From an uncultured delta proteobacterium (GTDB lineage: Bacteria > Myxococcota_A > Polyangia > Haliangiales > Haliangiaceae): a stretch of DNA of 64,000 bases. The first letter of the stretch is position 1. Each line of letters opens with the position of its first letter. Of the stretch, positions 1-9,679 are shown in pieces. Under the pieces are notes generated by a model. That model saw nothing but the letters and a program-made list of their open reading frames with translations, had not been told where the DNA came from and made no database searches. The position numbers and the translations under genes are program-made. The stretch spans positions 2,272,001 to 2,336,000 of the forward strand of contig CAWKDB010000010.1 in the NCBI GenBank assembly GCA_963848295.1, in the 5' to 3' direction.

Positions 1-49
1 CCACGAGGTTGAGATCCACTCCCGCGAGCTCGTCATGAGCGTCGTGCAT
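1..49 (-). CDS. LysR-family transcriptional regulator, N-terminal fragment (runs off window)
   Basis: Hand translation from ATG at 49 gives MHDAHDELAGVDLNLV, a typical LysR HTH start; divergent from the NmrA-like gene. Confidence 0.6.
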   Translation of the reverse strand, partial: MHDAHDELAGVDLNLV

Positions 50-122
50 GATGGCTATGATTATCATCGATTGGACTGATTGGAGCGGCGAGCGCATGGT
101 GTGGGCACATCAGGAGGACGCC

Positions 123-1001
123 ATGTATGCAATCGCTGGAGTTTCAGGTCATGTCGGTTCGGTGGTCGCGCAGACGCTGCTCGACCAGCGCAAGCCCGTG
201 CGCGTGATCGTGCGCGATGCCGCGAAGGGCGAAGCGTGGAAGGCGAAAGGCGCCGAGGTCGCGATCGCGTCGATCGACGACGAGGCGGCGATGACCAAGG
301 CGCTTACCGGGGTCGCCGGCGCGTTCTTGCTGCTGCCGCCAGACGTCACGACGAAGAAGCCGCTCGAGGACAACGCGCGGCGCACCGGCGTGCTCGCCCG
401 CGCCGCGAAGGCCGCGAAGCTACCGCACATCGTGCTGCTGTCGTCGATCGGTGCCCAGCAGCCCGACGGCACCGGGCCGATCCGCGCGCTGCACCGCGCC
501 GAGATCGAGCTCGCAGCGTCCGGCGCGGCGCTCACCTGTGTCCGGGCCGCGTCGTTCTATGAGAACTGGGGAATGGCGCTGGGCGCGCTCGCCCAGGGCG
601 TGCTGCCCACGTTCATCCCGGCCGGCCTCGCCTACCCGCAGGTCGCGGCCAAGGACATCGGCAAGGTCGTCGCCGCCGCGCTCGTCGAGGGACCGGCGCG
701 GGGCGCACCGCAGATCATCGAGCTCGCCGGCCCGCGCGACTACAGCGCGAACGATGCCGCCGCAACGCTGTCGACGATCACCGGCAAGCCGGTGAAGGCG
801 CAGGACGCGCCGCTCGACGCCGTCGTACCGACCGTGACCTCGTTCGGTGTTTCGGCGCCGGTCGCGGAGCTGTTCCGCGAGATGTACGCCGGCGTCGTAT
901 CGGGCCGGGTCGCCCACACCACGGCCGGCGGCTCGGTGCGCCACGTCCGCGGTACGACCGAGCTCGCGGACACGTTGCGCGCGCTGGTCGGCAAGGCGTA
1001 G
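123..1001 (+). CDS. NmrA-like NAD(P)H-binding atypical SDR
   Basis: GVSGHVG Rossmann motif, LSSIGA; GGAGG Shine-Dalgarno just before ATG 123. Confidence 0.85.
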   Translation: MYAIAGVSGHVGSVVAQTLLDQRKPVRVIVRDAAKGEAWKAKGAEVAIASIDDEAAMTKALTGVAGAFLLLPPDVTTKKPLEDNARRTGVLARAAKAAKLPHIVLLSSIGAQQPDGTGPIRALHRAEIELAASGAALTCVRAASFYENWGMALGALAQGVLPTFIPAGLAYPQVAAKDIGKVVAAALVEGPARGAPQIIELAGPRDYSANDAAATLSTITGKPVKAQDAPLDAVVPTVTSFGVSAPVAELFREMYAGVVSGRVAHTTAGGSVRHVRGTTELADTLRALVGKA

Positions 1002-1085
1002 GTCGTCGACCTCGACGCGAATGCTCGAGGCGTAGAGCTTGTCGTCGGGCCGCTCGCCGGCCCTGGCTTTGGTAGTGTCGGCGCG

Positions 1086-2432
1086 ATGTCGCTCCCCAGC
1101 CTCGGCGATGACGCCGTCTCGCTCTGTCGTTTGCTGCTGCGGATCGACACCACGAACCCGCCGGGCAACGAACGGCCCGCAGCCGAGCTGGTCGCGCGCG
1201 CGCTCGCCGACGTCGGTTATCAGCCGCAGCTGCTCGAGGCGCAGCCCGACCGAACGAACGTCGTCGTTCGCTATCGCGGCACCGGCGCGAAGCCGCCGTT
1301 GCTGCTCACCGCCCACCTCGACGTCGTCGAAGCCGATGCGACGAAGTGGCGGCGGCCGCCGTTCTCCGGCGAAGAGTTCGAAGGCTGCTTGTGGGGCCGC
1401 GGCGCGATCGACATGAAGAACATGGCGGCGATGTGCACCGCGATCATGCGGCGGCTCGCCGCGACCGGCGCGAAGCTCGAGCGCGACGTGATCTTTGCCG
1501 CGGTCGCGGACGAAGAGGCCGGTTGCGACCTCGGCTCGCGGTTCCTCGTCGAGCAGCACCGCGCGCTGGTCGAGTCGGAGTTCGCGATCGGCGAGTCCGG
1601 TGGGTTCTCGCTCCACCTCGGCGACACGACGTTCTATCCGATCCAGGTCGCCGAGAAAGGGTTCTGCTGGATCCGCGCGCGCCTCGCCGGCGAGCCCGGC
1701 CACGGCTCGATGCCGCGCCACGACAGCGTCGTCACGAAGCTCGGCGAAGCGCTGACCCGGATCGGCGCGGCGCAGCTGCCGGTGCACCCGACGCGCTACG
1801 TCGCCGAGTTCCTCGATGCGGTGCGCGCTCGCCAACCCGCGCTGATCCAACCCCTGGTCAAGCTCGTCGCGCGCCCGCACCTGCTCGCGCGGATCGCGCG
1901 GCTCGTGCCCGGCGCCGGCCTGGCGCGCAGCTTCTCCGCGTTGCTCGCGAACACCGCCGCGGCGACCGTCGTGCGCGCCGGCGCGAAGACGAACGTCATC
2001 CCCGGCGTCGCCGAGTTCGAGATCGACGGCCGCACGCTGCCGGGCCAGACCGACGAGGATCTGCTGCGCGAGCTGCGCGAGGTGCTCGGCGCCGATGTCG
2101 AGCTCGAGATCATCAAGTCGCAACCGCCGACGGTCACCGAGCCGGTCGCGTCGCCGGTGTGGGATGCGATCGCCCGCGAGATCACCTCGCGCGAGCCCGA
2201 CGCGGTCGTGTTGCCGTATCTCATCCCCGGCTTCACCGACGGCAAGTTCTTCTCGCAGACCGGCGCGCGCTGGTACGGGTTCTCGCCGGTCAAGATCGAG
2301 AGAGCGTCGGGGATCCGGTTCGCCGACATGTTCCACGGCCACAACGAGCGCGTGCCGATCGCCGGGTTGCGCTGGGGTGCCGAGGTGCTCGACGCGGTCG
2401 TGCGCGATATCGCCGGAGTCATCGCGCCGTGA
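1086..2432 (+). CDS. M20/M25/M40 family metallopeptidase (ArgE/DapE-like)
   Basis: AHLDVV, GRGAIDMK, ADEEAG, GHGS, FHGHNER motifs. Confidence 0.92.
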   Translation: MSLPSLGDDAVSLCRLLLRIDTTNPPGNERPAAELVARALADVGYQPQLLEAQPDRTNVVVRYRGTGAKPPLLLTAHLDVVEADATKWRRPPFSGEEFEGCLWGRGAIDMKNMAAMCTAIMRRLAATGAKLERDVIFAAVADEEAGCDLGSRFLVEQHRALVESEFAIGESGGFSLHLGDTTFYPIQVAEKGFCWIRARLAGEPGHGSMPRHDSVVTKLGEALTRIGAAQLPVHPTRYVAEFLDAVRARQPALIQPLVKLVARPHLLARIARLVPGAGLARSFSALLANTAAATVVRAGAKTNVIPGVAEFEIDGRTLPGQTDEDLLRELREVLGADVELEIIKSQPPTVTEPVASPVWDAIAREITSREPDAVVLPYLIPGFTDGKFFSQTGARWYGFSPVKIERASGIRFADMFHGHNERVPIAGLRWGAEVLDAVVRDIAGVIAP

Positions 2433-3274
2433 GCCGCGCGCTCGCGATCGCCGTGCTCGTCGCGTCGAGTTGCGGCAGCCCTCAGCGCTGCCCGGTCACG
2501 TCCGCGGCTCCGGTCGCCGGCGCGACGCCGTTCCTGTGGCGCGCGCAACGCGCCGATCACACCGGGCCGATCGTCTGGCTGTACGGCACGATCCACGACG
2601 CCGGCTCCGATGCGGTGCCGAAACCGGCGTGGGCCGCGCTCGACGCATCGCCGCGGTTCGCGTCCGAGCTCGGCGATGTCGAGCCCGATCCAGACGTGAC
2701 GCGCGACCTCGCGCGGATCGCGCACGGCCCCGGGCTCGACTCGTTATTGTCGGCCGACGACTGGTACGACTTGCGCGATGCGCTCGGCGGTGTGATCAAG
2801 GAAGACAGCCTCAAGCGCGCGCGGCCCTGGTATGCGGTGTCGCTGCTGACCACGCACGCGACGGTGAAGACCGTCGCGATGGACACCAGCCTCGCGCAGC
2901 ACGCGCGCGCGAAGTCGCTGCCGGTCGATCCACTCGAGACCTGGAAGGTGCAGCTCACCGCGCTCGATCGAGCCGTCACGATCAAGGATCTGGTCGAAGC
3001 GGTGCATCTGCGCAAAGAGATGACGTGCGATCTGTCGCGGATGTCGACCGCGTACGGCGCGGGTGACGCGGCCGCGCTCGAGATCATGCTCGACGTCGGC
3101 CACTCGCCGGTGTTGCTCGACGCGCGGAGCGCCGCGTGGGTGCCCGAGATCGAGGCCTACTTCGCGACCGGCGGCGCGTTCATCGCGGTCGGGCTCGGCC
3201 ACCTGCTCGGCGAGGCCGGCTTGGTCGCGCGGCTCCAGCACGACGGCTACGTGGTCGAGCGGGTCGCGCCGTAG
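2429..3274 (+). CDS. TraB/GumN family lipoprotein
   Basis: GTG start overlapping the upstream TGA; lipobox-like ASSC; WLYGTIH and FIAVGLGHLLG motifs. Confidence 0.8.
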   Translation: MSRALAIAVLVASSCGSPQRCPVTSAAPVAGATPFLWRAQRADHTGPIVWLYGTIHDAGSDAVPKPAWAALDASPRFASELGDVEPDPDVTRDLARIAHGPGLDSLLSADDWYDLRDALGGVIKEDSLKRARPWYAVSLLTTHATVKTVAMDTSLAQHARAKSLPVDPLETWKVQLTALDRAVTIKDLVEAVHLRKEMTCDLSRMSTAYGAGDAAALEIMLDVGHSPVLLDARSAAWVPEIEAYFATGGAFIAVGLGHLLGEAGLVARLQHDGYVVERVAP

Positions 3275-3281
3275 CTCCGTC

Positions 3282-4499
3282 CTAACTCGGCAACTCGCGC
3301 AGGTGGCGCAGCGGAATCAACATCAGCGGCGCGGCGAGGCCGATCAAGACGCCGAGCCACACCGCGGATCGCGTCGAGCTCAGCTCGGCGACGACGCCCG
3401 CGACGATCGCGGCGATCGGCAGCACGCCCATCGTGCACACGTGGATCGCCGCGTTCGCGCGACCGAGCACGCTCGCCGGCAACACGGTCTGGCGCAGCGT
3501 CACCGCGTGGATCAAGAACACCATCGCGAACCCATCGCCGATCAGCTGATGCGCGGCGAGCAAGCCGATCGCGCGCACCGGTGAGCCGCTCGCGAGCGGG
3601 ATGAACAACCCGGCGCCGAGGCTGATCGCCGAGGCGATGATCACCGCCGGCCCGAAGCCGAACGAGCTCGCGAGCCGGCGCGCGAGCAAGGCGCCGCCGA
3701 GCGCACCGACGCCACCCATCGCGATCACGATGCCGAACGTCGCCTCGGACAGGCCGAGCACGCGCAGGCAATAGATCGGGTACAGCGCGCTGAAGAACCC
3801 GCCCGCGATCGACCACACCATGTGCGCGAGCGTCACCGACCGCACGTAGCGATCGCCGAACACCGCGCGCAACCCGATGACGAGATCGTGCAGCCCGAGC
3901 TTGCCCTCGGAGCTCGCCGCCAGCTTCGGCCGCGCGCGGATCCGCCCGAGCATCACCGCCGACCACACGTAGCCGAGCGCGTCGGTGACGACCGCGAGCG
4001 GCGCGCCGATCGCCGCGATCAACACCCCGGCGACGGAGGGCCCGGCGATCTCGGCCGCGCTGTCGGTCGCGCCGAGCTTCGCGTTCGCATCGGCGAGCTG
4101 ATCCGCGCCGACGATCGCCGGCAGGTACGCGACGTCGGTGATCTGGTCGAGCGCCGACGCGGCACCGACGATCGCTCCGACGATCATCACGTGACCGATC
4201 GACAGCGCGCCGAGCGCCCACGCGAGCGTCAACGAAGCGACGACCACCGCGCGCACGACGTCGGCGATGACCAACAAGCGCCGCTTGTCGCCGCGATCGG
4301 CCATGCCGCCGGCGAACACCGCGAACACCACGCCGGGTGCGAGCTGGACCGACGCGAGCAACGCGACGATCGAATCGGGCTCGCCGAGCACCTTGACCGC
4401 GATGATCGGCAACGCGGTGCGCGTCACGCGTGATCCGAACGCGCTGACCGCTTGCGCCGACCATAGCCGAACGAAGTCGGCGTTATCCGTCAGCGACAC
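3282..4499 (-). CDS. MFS transporter
   Basis: About 12 hydrophobic segments; GGMADRGDKRR motif A; FVRLWSAQAVS N-terminus. Confidence 0.9.
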   Translation of the reverse strand: MSLTDNADFVRLWSAQAVSAFGSRVTRTALPIIAVKVLGEPDSIVALLASVQLAPGVVFAVFAGGMADRGDKRRLLVIADVVRAVVVASLTLAWALGALSIGHVMIVGAIVGAASALDQITDVAYLPAIVGADQLADANAKLGATDSAAEIAGPSVAGVLIAAIGAPLAVVTDALGYVWSAVMLGRIRARPKLAASSEGKLGLHDLVIGLRAVFGDRYVRSVTLAHMVWSIAGGFFSALYPIYCLRVLGLSEATFGIVIAMGGVGALGGALLARRLASSFGFGPAVIIASAISLGAGLFIPLASGSPVRAIGLLAAHQLIGDGFAMVFLIHAVTLRQTVLPASVLGRANAAIHVCTMGVLPIAAIVAGVVAELSSTRSAVWLGVLIGLAAPLMLIPLRHLRELPS

Positions 4500-4511
4500 G
4501 CGCGCCGCAGG

Positions 4512-4985
4512 TCAGAACGGAATGTCGTCATCGGGACCGCCGCCGCCGCCGGACGATCCGCCGCCGCCGTAGCCGCCCATGTCCGCGTCACCGGGAGGTG
4601 GCGGACCCTCGTCGCGGCCTTTGCCACCGCCGCCACCGCCGCCGCCGCCCTCTTTGCCGCCGAGGAACTGGACGTCGTTCGCGATGATCTCGGTGATGTA
4701 GCGCTTGTTGCCTTCCTTGTCGTCGTAGTTGCGGGTCTGGATCCGGCCTTCGATGTAGACCTGACGCCCTTTCGACAAGTACTTCGAGCAAATCTCGGCG
4801 CGCTTGCCCCAGATCACGACGCGGTGCCACTCGGTGCGATCCTGGCGCTGGCCGTTCTTGTCGGTCCAGCTCTCGTTCGTCGCGACGCGGAGCTCGCACA
4901 CGCCCTGCCCGCTCGGCGTGTATCGCATGTCGGGATCGGCCCCGAGGTTGCCCACGAGAATGACTTTGTTGACTCCGCCGGCCAT
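4512..4985 (-). CDS. ssb: Single-stranded DNA-binding protein
   Basis: [21 protein letters not shown], Gly-rich linker, DDDIPF tail; AGAGG RBS. Confidence 0.98.
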   Translation of the reverse strand: MAGGVNKVILVGNLGADPDMRYTPSGQGVCELRVATNESWTDKNGQRQDRTEWHRVVIWGKRAEICSKYLSKGRQVYIEGRIQTRNYDDKEGNKRYITEIIANDVQFLGGKEGGGGGGGGGKGRDEGPPPPGDADMGGYGGGGSSGGGGGPDDDIPF

Positions 4986-5198
4986 GACGTCCTCTTTCTA
5001 GGTGAGCTGGCCATACCACGCGGCCCTGACAAGAGGTCGTCGCGCGAGCACGACAGGTTCAGTGACACGAGCGTCTTGTTTGCCACGGCGGTTACCCGGG
5101 CGAGCGGCCTCGATCGGATGCCGCAAAAAATCTGCGATGCATCGATGGGACTTGCGTTACGTGGCGCAGCGCGATCGCGCCGTCGCAGAGCGCCGGCC

Positions 5199-5304
5199 CG
5201 GCGTCATCGCAAAGGTTTCGTCGCGGCTGCCTGGCTCGGCGCGCCACTACAGAGTCGCGGCTGCCTTGCGCGGCGTCACCGCGAAGGCTTCGCGCGGCTG
5301 CCTG
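5199..5304. repeat. Imperfect ~35-bp direct repeat (5199-5233, 5271-5304; partial copy 5254-5266)
   Basis: cggcgtcatcgcaaaggtttcgtcgcggctgcctg vs cggcgtcaccgcgaaggcttcg-cgcggctgcctg. Confidence 0.6.
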
Positions 5305-5744
5305 CGAGGGCGCCCCGGACCCGCGCGGGCGACGGCGCTGACGGTGGCGGTTCCCGGCGCCTCCGCGGAGCGACGCCGCTGCGCGGCGATCGCGCTGCGC
5401 GCGAGTTGGAGTGTCGACCGCGAGGCCGAGCGTCTCTTCGCGCGCCTGCCCTGCTCTCCGGGGCATCCCTCGCGGCGACGCCGCGCTCAGCGACGAGATC
5501 GCGTCCTCGCTCCACACTCGACTGTCCTGATCTGGGACAGCTGGAGCGTCGCAGCCAACGGGAAGCGCGGCTAGCCCGCGCTCATCCTCTTACCGAACAC
5601 ACGAAGTGCCGACGTTCGTACCTATGCGAATGGGACTGGTCCGTGGCAGGTCCCCGAGCGGTCTCAGGACGGATATTCACTAGAAGTCGAGGATGACTTC
5701 GATTTAATCAAGGTCTGTACTAGTCGGTCTAGACTGCGCGCTTG

Positions 5745-6851
5745 ATGAAGCTCGTCTTGGCGTGTGCAGTCCTCGCGTGTAGCTGCAAATTATCGTCGAC
5801 GACGCCGCCGGCTCCGCCTGCCGCGCCGAACGATCATCAGCTCCACGTCACCGAAACGCTGGAGACCAACGGCATTCGGCTCCATGTCATCGGCACAGGC
5901 GTCTCGATCGCCGATCTGCGGCTCCCCGACTGGGAGATCGCGCCGATCAAGGGCGCCGCCGACATCGCCGCCGATCTCCACATGCTGCACGTCAAGACGC
6001 GCGACTACCGCACGGCGACCGGTGAAGCGACATTGCGCTGCAACGGTTGCGCGATCGGCGGCGGTCCAGCGCGCGGCCTCGGCGGTGCGATCGGCAGCGA
6101 CACGACGTCGCAGTTCGCGTTCCCGGTATACACGATCGATCGGCTGGAGGCGCACGTCGTGTTCGCCAAGGGCAGCGCGGATGTGACGACCTGGTCGTTC
6201 GAATCCAAGGACATCCCGTATCTCGTCGTCACCGCGCATCTCGATCTCGCGGCGGCGCTCGGCGACTCGAGGGCGAGCATCTGCGTGCGCTTCGGGACGA
6301 CGACCGCGGTGCCGCCGGATTCGTCACTCGCGCGGACGCTCGCCGGCGCGGGCATCGCCGTCGACGCGAACGGCCACTTCAACGTCAAGCTCGCCGGACA
6401 TCTCGACGCGCTCGCGCCCGAAGGGTTCGGCTGCGATGGCGCAGTGCCGCCGCTGCCAGCTCCAACACCACCAGCGGAGCCGGATGACTTCGACAAGCAA
6501 CTGAACGTCGACGTCGCCACGATCGACGACACGCATCGCACCATCACGCGAGCGCTCTTCGACAAGATCGTCGCGGACCCGCTGGTCGCCACGAGAGGCG
6601 TGCGCGTGGTCCCGACGATACGCGATGGCAAGCCGGACGGTTTCCAGTTCTACGCGATTCGACCGAGCTCACTGTTTGCCCGGATCGGCCTGAACAGCGG
6701 CGACACCATCCGGCGCGTCAACGGGGTCGAGATCACGACGACCGAACAAGCCCTCCGTGTCTATACGAAGCTTCGCGAGGCGACGGCGATCGAGCTCGAC
6801 GTCCTCCGCCGCGGTAGGTCCATCAAGCTGACGATCTCGATCATCCACTGA
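5745..6851 (+). CDS. Lipoprotein with GspN-like N-terminal region and C-terminal GspC-type PDZ domain
   Basis: Signal/lipobox LACSC; C-terminal RVVPTIRDGKPDGFQFYAIRPSSLFARIGLNSGDTIRRVNG is GspC-PDZ-like; GspN-like call for the N-half is recognition by eye. Confidence 0.65.
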   Translation: MKLVLACAVLACSCKLSSTTPPAPPAAPNDHQLHVTETLETNGIRLHVIGTGVSIADLRLPDWEIAPIKGAADIAADLHMLHVKTRDYRTATGEATLRCNGCAIGGGPARGLGGAIGSDTTSQFAFPVYTIDRLEAHVVFAKGSADVTTWSFESKDIPYLVVTAHLDLAAALGDSRASICVRFGTTTAVPPDSSLARTLAGAGIAVDANGHFNVKLAGHLDALAPEGFGCDGAVPPLPAPTPPAEPDDFDKQLNVDVATIDDTHRTITRALFDKIVADPLVATRGVRVVPTIRDGKPDGFQFYAIRPSSLFARIGLNSGDTIRRVNGVEITTTEQALRVYTKLREATAIELDVLRRGRSIKLTISIIH

Positions 6852-6948
6852 CTTGCGGTAATCGCGCTCGTCGACGGCGCCGTCGCTATCGGGTAGTAGC
6901 GCATCTGCTAGGCCCGGCGGCACGACCCCGCGTGCTACAACCGCGGCG

Positions 6949-7689
6949 ATGTACAGGCAGTTGCGTCTCGCGGTCGTGATCCCCGCGTACAACGAGCAGC
7001 GCGCGATCGCCGAGACCGTGGCGTCGGTGCCGAGCTTTGTCGATCACGTCATCGTCGTCGATGATTGCTCGAGCGACGACACCGCCGACCGAGCGGCCGC
7101 GGCGAATCCCGGTGCCGAGGTCGTGCGCCATCCCGCGAATCGCGGGGTCGGGGGAGCGATCGCGACGGGCTATCGCCGCGCACTCGCCGCGAATGCGGAG
7201 GTCGCGGTCGTGATGGCAGGCGATGGCCAGATGGATCCGCGCGACTTGCCGGCGCTGCTCGATCCGATCGCGAGCGGCGTCGCCGAGTACGTCAAAGGCA
7301 ATCGGTTCTTGCATCCCGAGGTGTGGACCGCGATGCCGCCGGCCCGGATCGTTGGCAACGTGCTGCTGTCGACCGCGACGCGCGTGACGTCGGGCTACCG
7401 CCATCTGTTCGATTCGCAGTGCGGCTACACCGCGATCTCGCGCAGCGCGCTCGAGCAGATCGATCTCGACGAGCTGTTCCCGCGCTACGGCTATCCCAAC
7501 GATCTGCTGTCGCGCTTGCGCGTCGTCGATGTTCGCGTCGTCGACGTGCCAGTGCGCCCGATCTACGGCGAGCACTGGAAGAGCGGCATCAACTTCGGCA
7601 CCGCGCTGCATCCGATCCCGTGGGTGCTGCTGCGCTCGTGGGGCAATCGGCTCGCGGCACAGGCCGCGCGGCGGCGCGCGCGATCGTAG
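6949..7689 (+). CDS. Glycosyltransferase family 2 (DPM1-like)
   Basis: VVIPAYNE, VVDDCSSD, NRGVG, GDGQMDP, DSQCGY. Confidence 0.92.
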   Translation: MYRQLRLAVVIPAYNEQRAIAETVASVPSFVDHVIVVDDCSSDDTADRAAAANPGAEVVRHPANRGVGGAIATGYRRALAANAEVAVVMAGDGQMDPRDLPALLDPIASGVAEYVKGNRFLHPEVWTAMPPARIVGNVLLSTATRVTSGYRHLFDSQCGYTAISRSALEQIDLDELFPRYGYPNDLLSRLRVVDVRVVDVPVRPIYGEHWKSGINFGTALHPIPWVLLRSWGNRLAAQAARRRARS

Positions 7690-8957
7690 TGCGGGTCGGG
7701 TTCGTCACGACGTCGTACCCGCGGTTCGCCGGCGATCCGGCCGGCAGCTTCGTCGCGGCTCACGCCGCCGCGGTGCGCGCGCTCGGGCACGACGTCGAGG
7801 TAATCGCGGCGGGCGACGGACCCCGTAAACGGGGGGCCTTCGACCTAGGGTTTCGGCTGTCCTCGCGTCGCCGGACAGCCGAGCGATCGATTGGCCTCGG
7901 GACCGGCCGCGTGCCCGATACGCGGCTGTTCTATAGAGGCGGCGCGCCCGAGGCGCTCGAGCGCGGCGGCGTGCGCACCGCGCTCGCGGCGGCGGCGTTC
8001 ACCGCTCGGTTGACTGCGGCGGTCGCGGCGCGCGCGTCGCGGTGGGATCTGATCGTCGCGCACTGGCTCGCGCCGTCGGCGATCGCGGCGTTGCCGTCGC
8101 GCGTCCCGTTGCTCGCGATCGCGCACGGCGGCGATGTCCACGCGCTGCGCCGCGCGAAGCTACTCGCACCGTTGCTCGCGGCGTTGCGCCTGCGTGGAGC
8201 GAAGCTCGCGTTCGTCAGCGCCGAGCTGCTGGAGCTCGCCCGCGCCGCGGCGCCGTCGCTCGCGCGCTGGCTCGACACCGCCGCGATCGTCCAGTCGATG
8301 GGCGTCGACGTCGCGCGGTTCGCCGCGATCGGGCGCGCGCCCGAGACGCCGCCGATCGTCGCGGTGATCGGCCGGCTCGTCGCGGTCAAAGGCGTCGATG
8401 TCGCGCTCGCCGCGCTGCCCGCCGGTGCTCGGCTCGTCATCGCAGGCGACGGTCCCGCGCGCGCAGAGTTGCAGCGCGTCGCCCGCGATCAGCGAGACGT
8501 TGGCCCGACCAGGAGCGGTTGGATCGACCGCCGGGACGTGCGCCCGGCGAGCAGCAGCGCCGGCGCTTGGATCGACCGGGTGCAGTTCGTCGGCGAGCTC
8601 GATGCCGCTCGACGCGATCAGCTGCTGCGTGCGGCGTCGGTCGTCGCGATCCCATCGCGCGTGCTCGCGAATGGCCGATCCGAAGGCACGCCGGTGGTCG
8701 CGCTCGAAGCGCTCGCCGCGGGAGTCCCGGTCGTGGCGTCGGCGGTCGGCGGGTTGCGAGATCTCCCGGTCGCGCTCGTGCCGCCCGATGACCCGCGCGC
8801 GCTGGCCGCCGCGCTCGCCCGCTGCCTGGCAGATCCACCTGCCGCCGCGACCCTGCGCCGAGCCGCCGCCGCCTTCGATTGGGCCTCGGTAACCGCCCGA
8901 CTTCACGGTCATGCGGGCTATGGCTGCGCAACCGCGACGCCAGCGCACGGGCCCTAA
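7689..8957 (+). CDS. Glycosyltransferase family 4, carrying two in-frame insertions
   Basis: TTSYPRF, AHW, HGGD, GRLVAVKG, EGTPVVALEALAAGVPVV; GTG start overlapping the upstream TAG. Confidence 0.88.
   Translation: MRVGFVTTSYPRFAGDPAGSFVAAHAAAVRALGHDVEVIAAGDGPRKRGAFDLGFRLSSRRRTAERSIGLGTGRVPDTRLFYRGGAPEALERGGVRTALAAAAFTARLTAAVAARASRWDLIVAHWLAPSAIAALPSRVPLLAIAHGGDVHALRRAKLLAPLLAALRLRGAKLAFVSAELLELARAAAPSLARWLDTAAIVQSMGVDVARFAAIGRAPETPPIVAVIGRLVAVKGVDVALAALPAGARLVIAGDGPARAELQRVARDQRDVGPTRSGWIDRRDVRPASSSAGAWIDRVQFVGELDAARRDQLLRAASVVAIPSRVLANGRSEGTPVVALEALAAGVPVVASAVGGLRDLPVALVPPDDPRALAAALARCLADPPAAATLRRAAAAFDWASVTARLHGHAGYGCATATPAHGP
7817..7901. repeat. Palindromic REP/MITE-like element, copy A (in frame inside the GT4 gene)
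   Basis: 66/80 ungapped identity (hand count) to 9685-9764; hairpins ccccgt-aa-acgggg and tcggctgtcc..ggacagccga. Confidence 0.8.
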
Positions 8958-9058
8958 CGCGTAACGCCGTACGCACCTCGGTCGGACCGCATGTTGCCAA
9001 CCCGTTGCAATCACGTGACGATCGCCACCGATTCGTGCGATGAATGGCGCTTCGGTGG

Positions 9059-9074
9059 CGGCACGGTTGCTGCT
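9059..9074 (+). promoter_or_regulatory. Putative sigma54 -24/-12 promoter
   Basis: cGGCACGGttgctGCT: GG (9060-61), 10 nt, GC (9072-73), just upstream of ATG 9091. Confidence 0.5.
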
Positions 9075-9090
9075 ATTTCCCGAGTCATTG

Positions 9091-9675
9091 ATGTCTGATC
9101 GCCCGCCGTTCGACGTTTCGCTCATCCTGCCATTCGGGGACGACGAGGAGGCGGTGGGCATCGCCGTCCGTCGCACCGCCGAGTACCTGCGCGGGCTCGG
9201 CGTCAGCTTCGAGCTGCTCGCGATCGACGAAGACTCCGGCGACAACTCCCACGCGGTGCTCGCGCTGCTCCGCGCCGAGGTGCCCGAGCTGCGGGTGACC
9301 CACGCGCCGGGCCGCGGCCGCGGTGTCGATCTCGGCGCCGCGCGCGCCCAGGGTACGCTGCTCGCGGTGACGACGACCGATGTCGCGAGCGCTTCGCTCG
9401 ACGGCCTCGGCGAGGCGTGCCGCCGACTGCTCGACGGGCAAGGCGACGCCGAGGTCGCGCTCGGCCGATACACGGTCGCCCATCGCGTGCGCGCGCTCAC
9501 CGCGTTCCGCGGCGCTCGACTACTCGGTGCCGCGATGCATCGCCGGCTCGGCAAGCGCCTGCAAGTGCGCAACCTCGCAGTCCGGATCGGGACCGCCGGC
9601 GGCGCGATCGGCGCCGGTCAGGCTCGCGGCGGCGCCTTCGGCCGGTTGTTCGCGCGCACGACCCGCGTCGCCTAA
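9091..9675 (+). CDS. Short, degenerate GT2-like protein
   Basis: DVSLILPF..DEE, LLAIDEDSGDNS, GRGRGV match the GT2 N-terminus; no clear DxD. Confidence 0.7.
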   Translation: MSDRPPFDVSLILPFGDDEEAVGIAVRRTAEYLRGLGVSFELLAIDEDSGDNSHAVLALLRAEVPELRVTHAPGRGRGVDLGAARAQGTLLAVTTTDVASASLDGLGEACRRLLDGQGDAEVALGRYTVAHRVRALTAFRGARLLGAAMHRRLGKRLQVRNLAVRIGTAGGAIGAGQARGGAFGRLFARTTRVA

Positions 9676-9679
9676 CGCG

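Noticed and set aside
5647..5724. Short words shared with 44356-44462 (ggtctcagga, caggtcccc, tactagt)
   Set aside because: Only 7-10 nt long and in a different order; cannot be distinguished from chance without statistics
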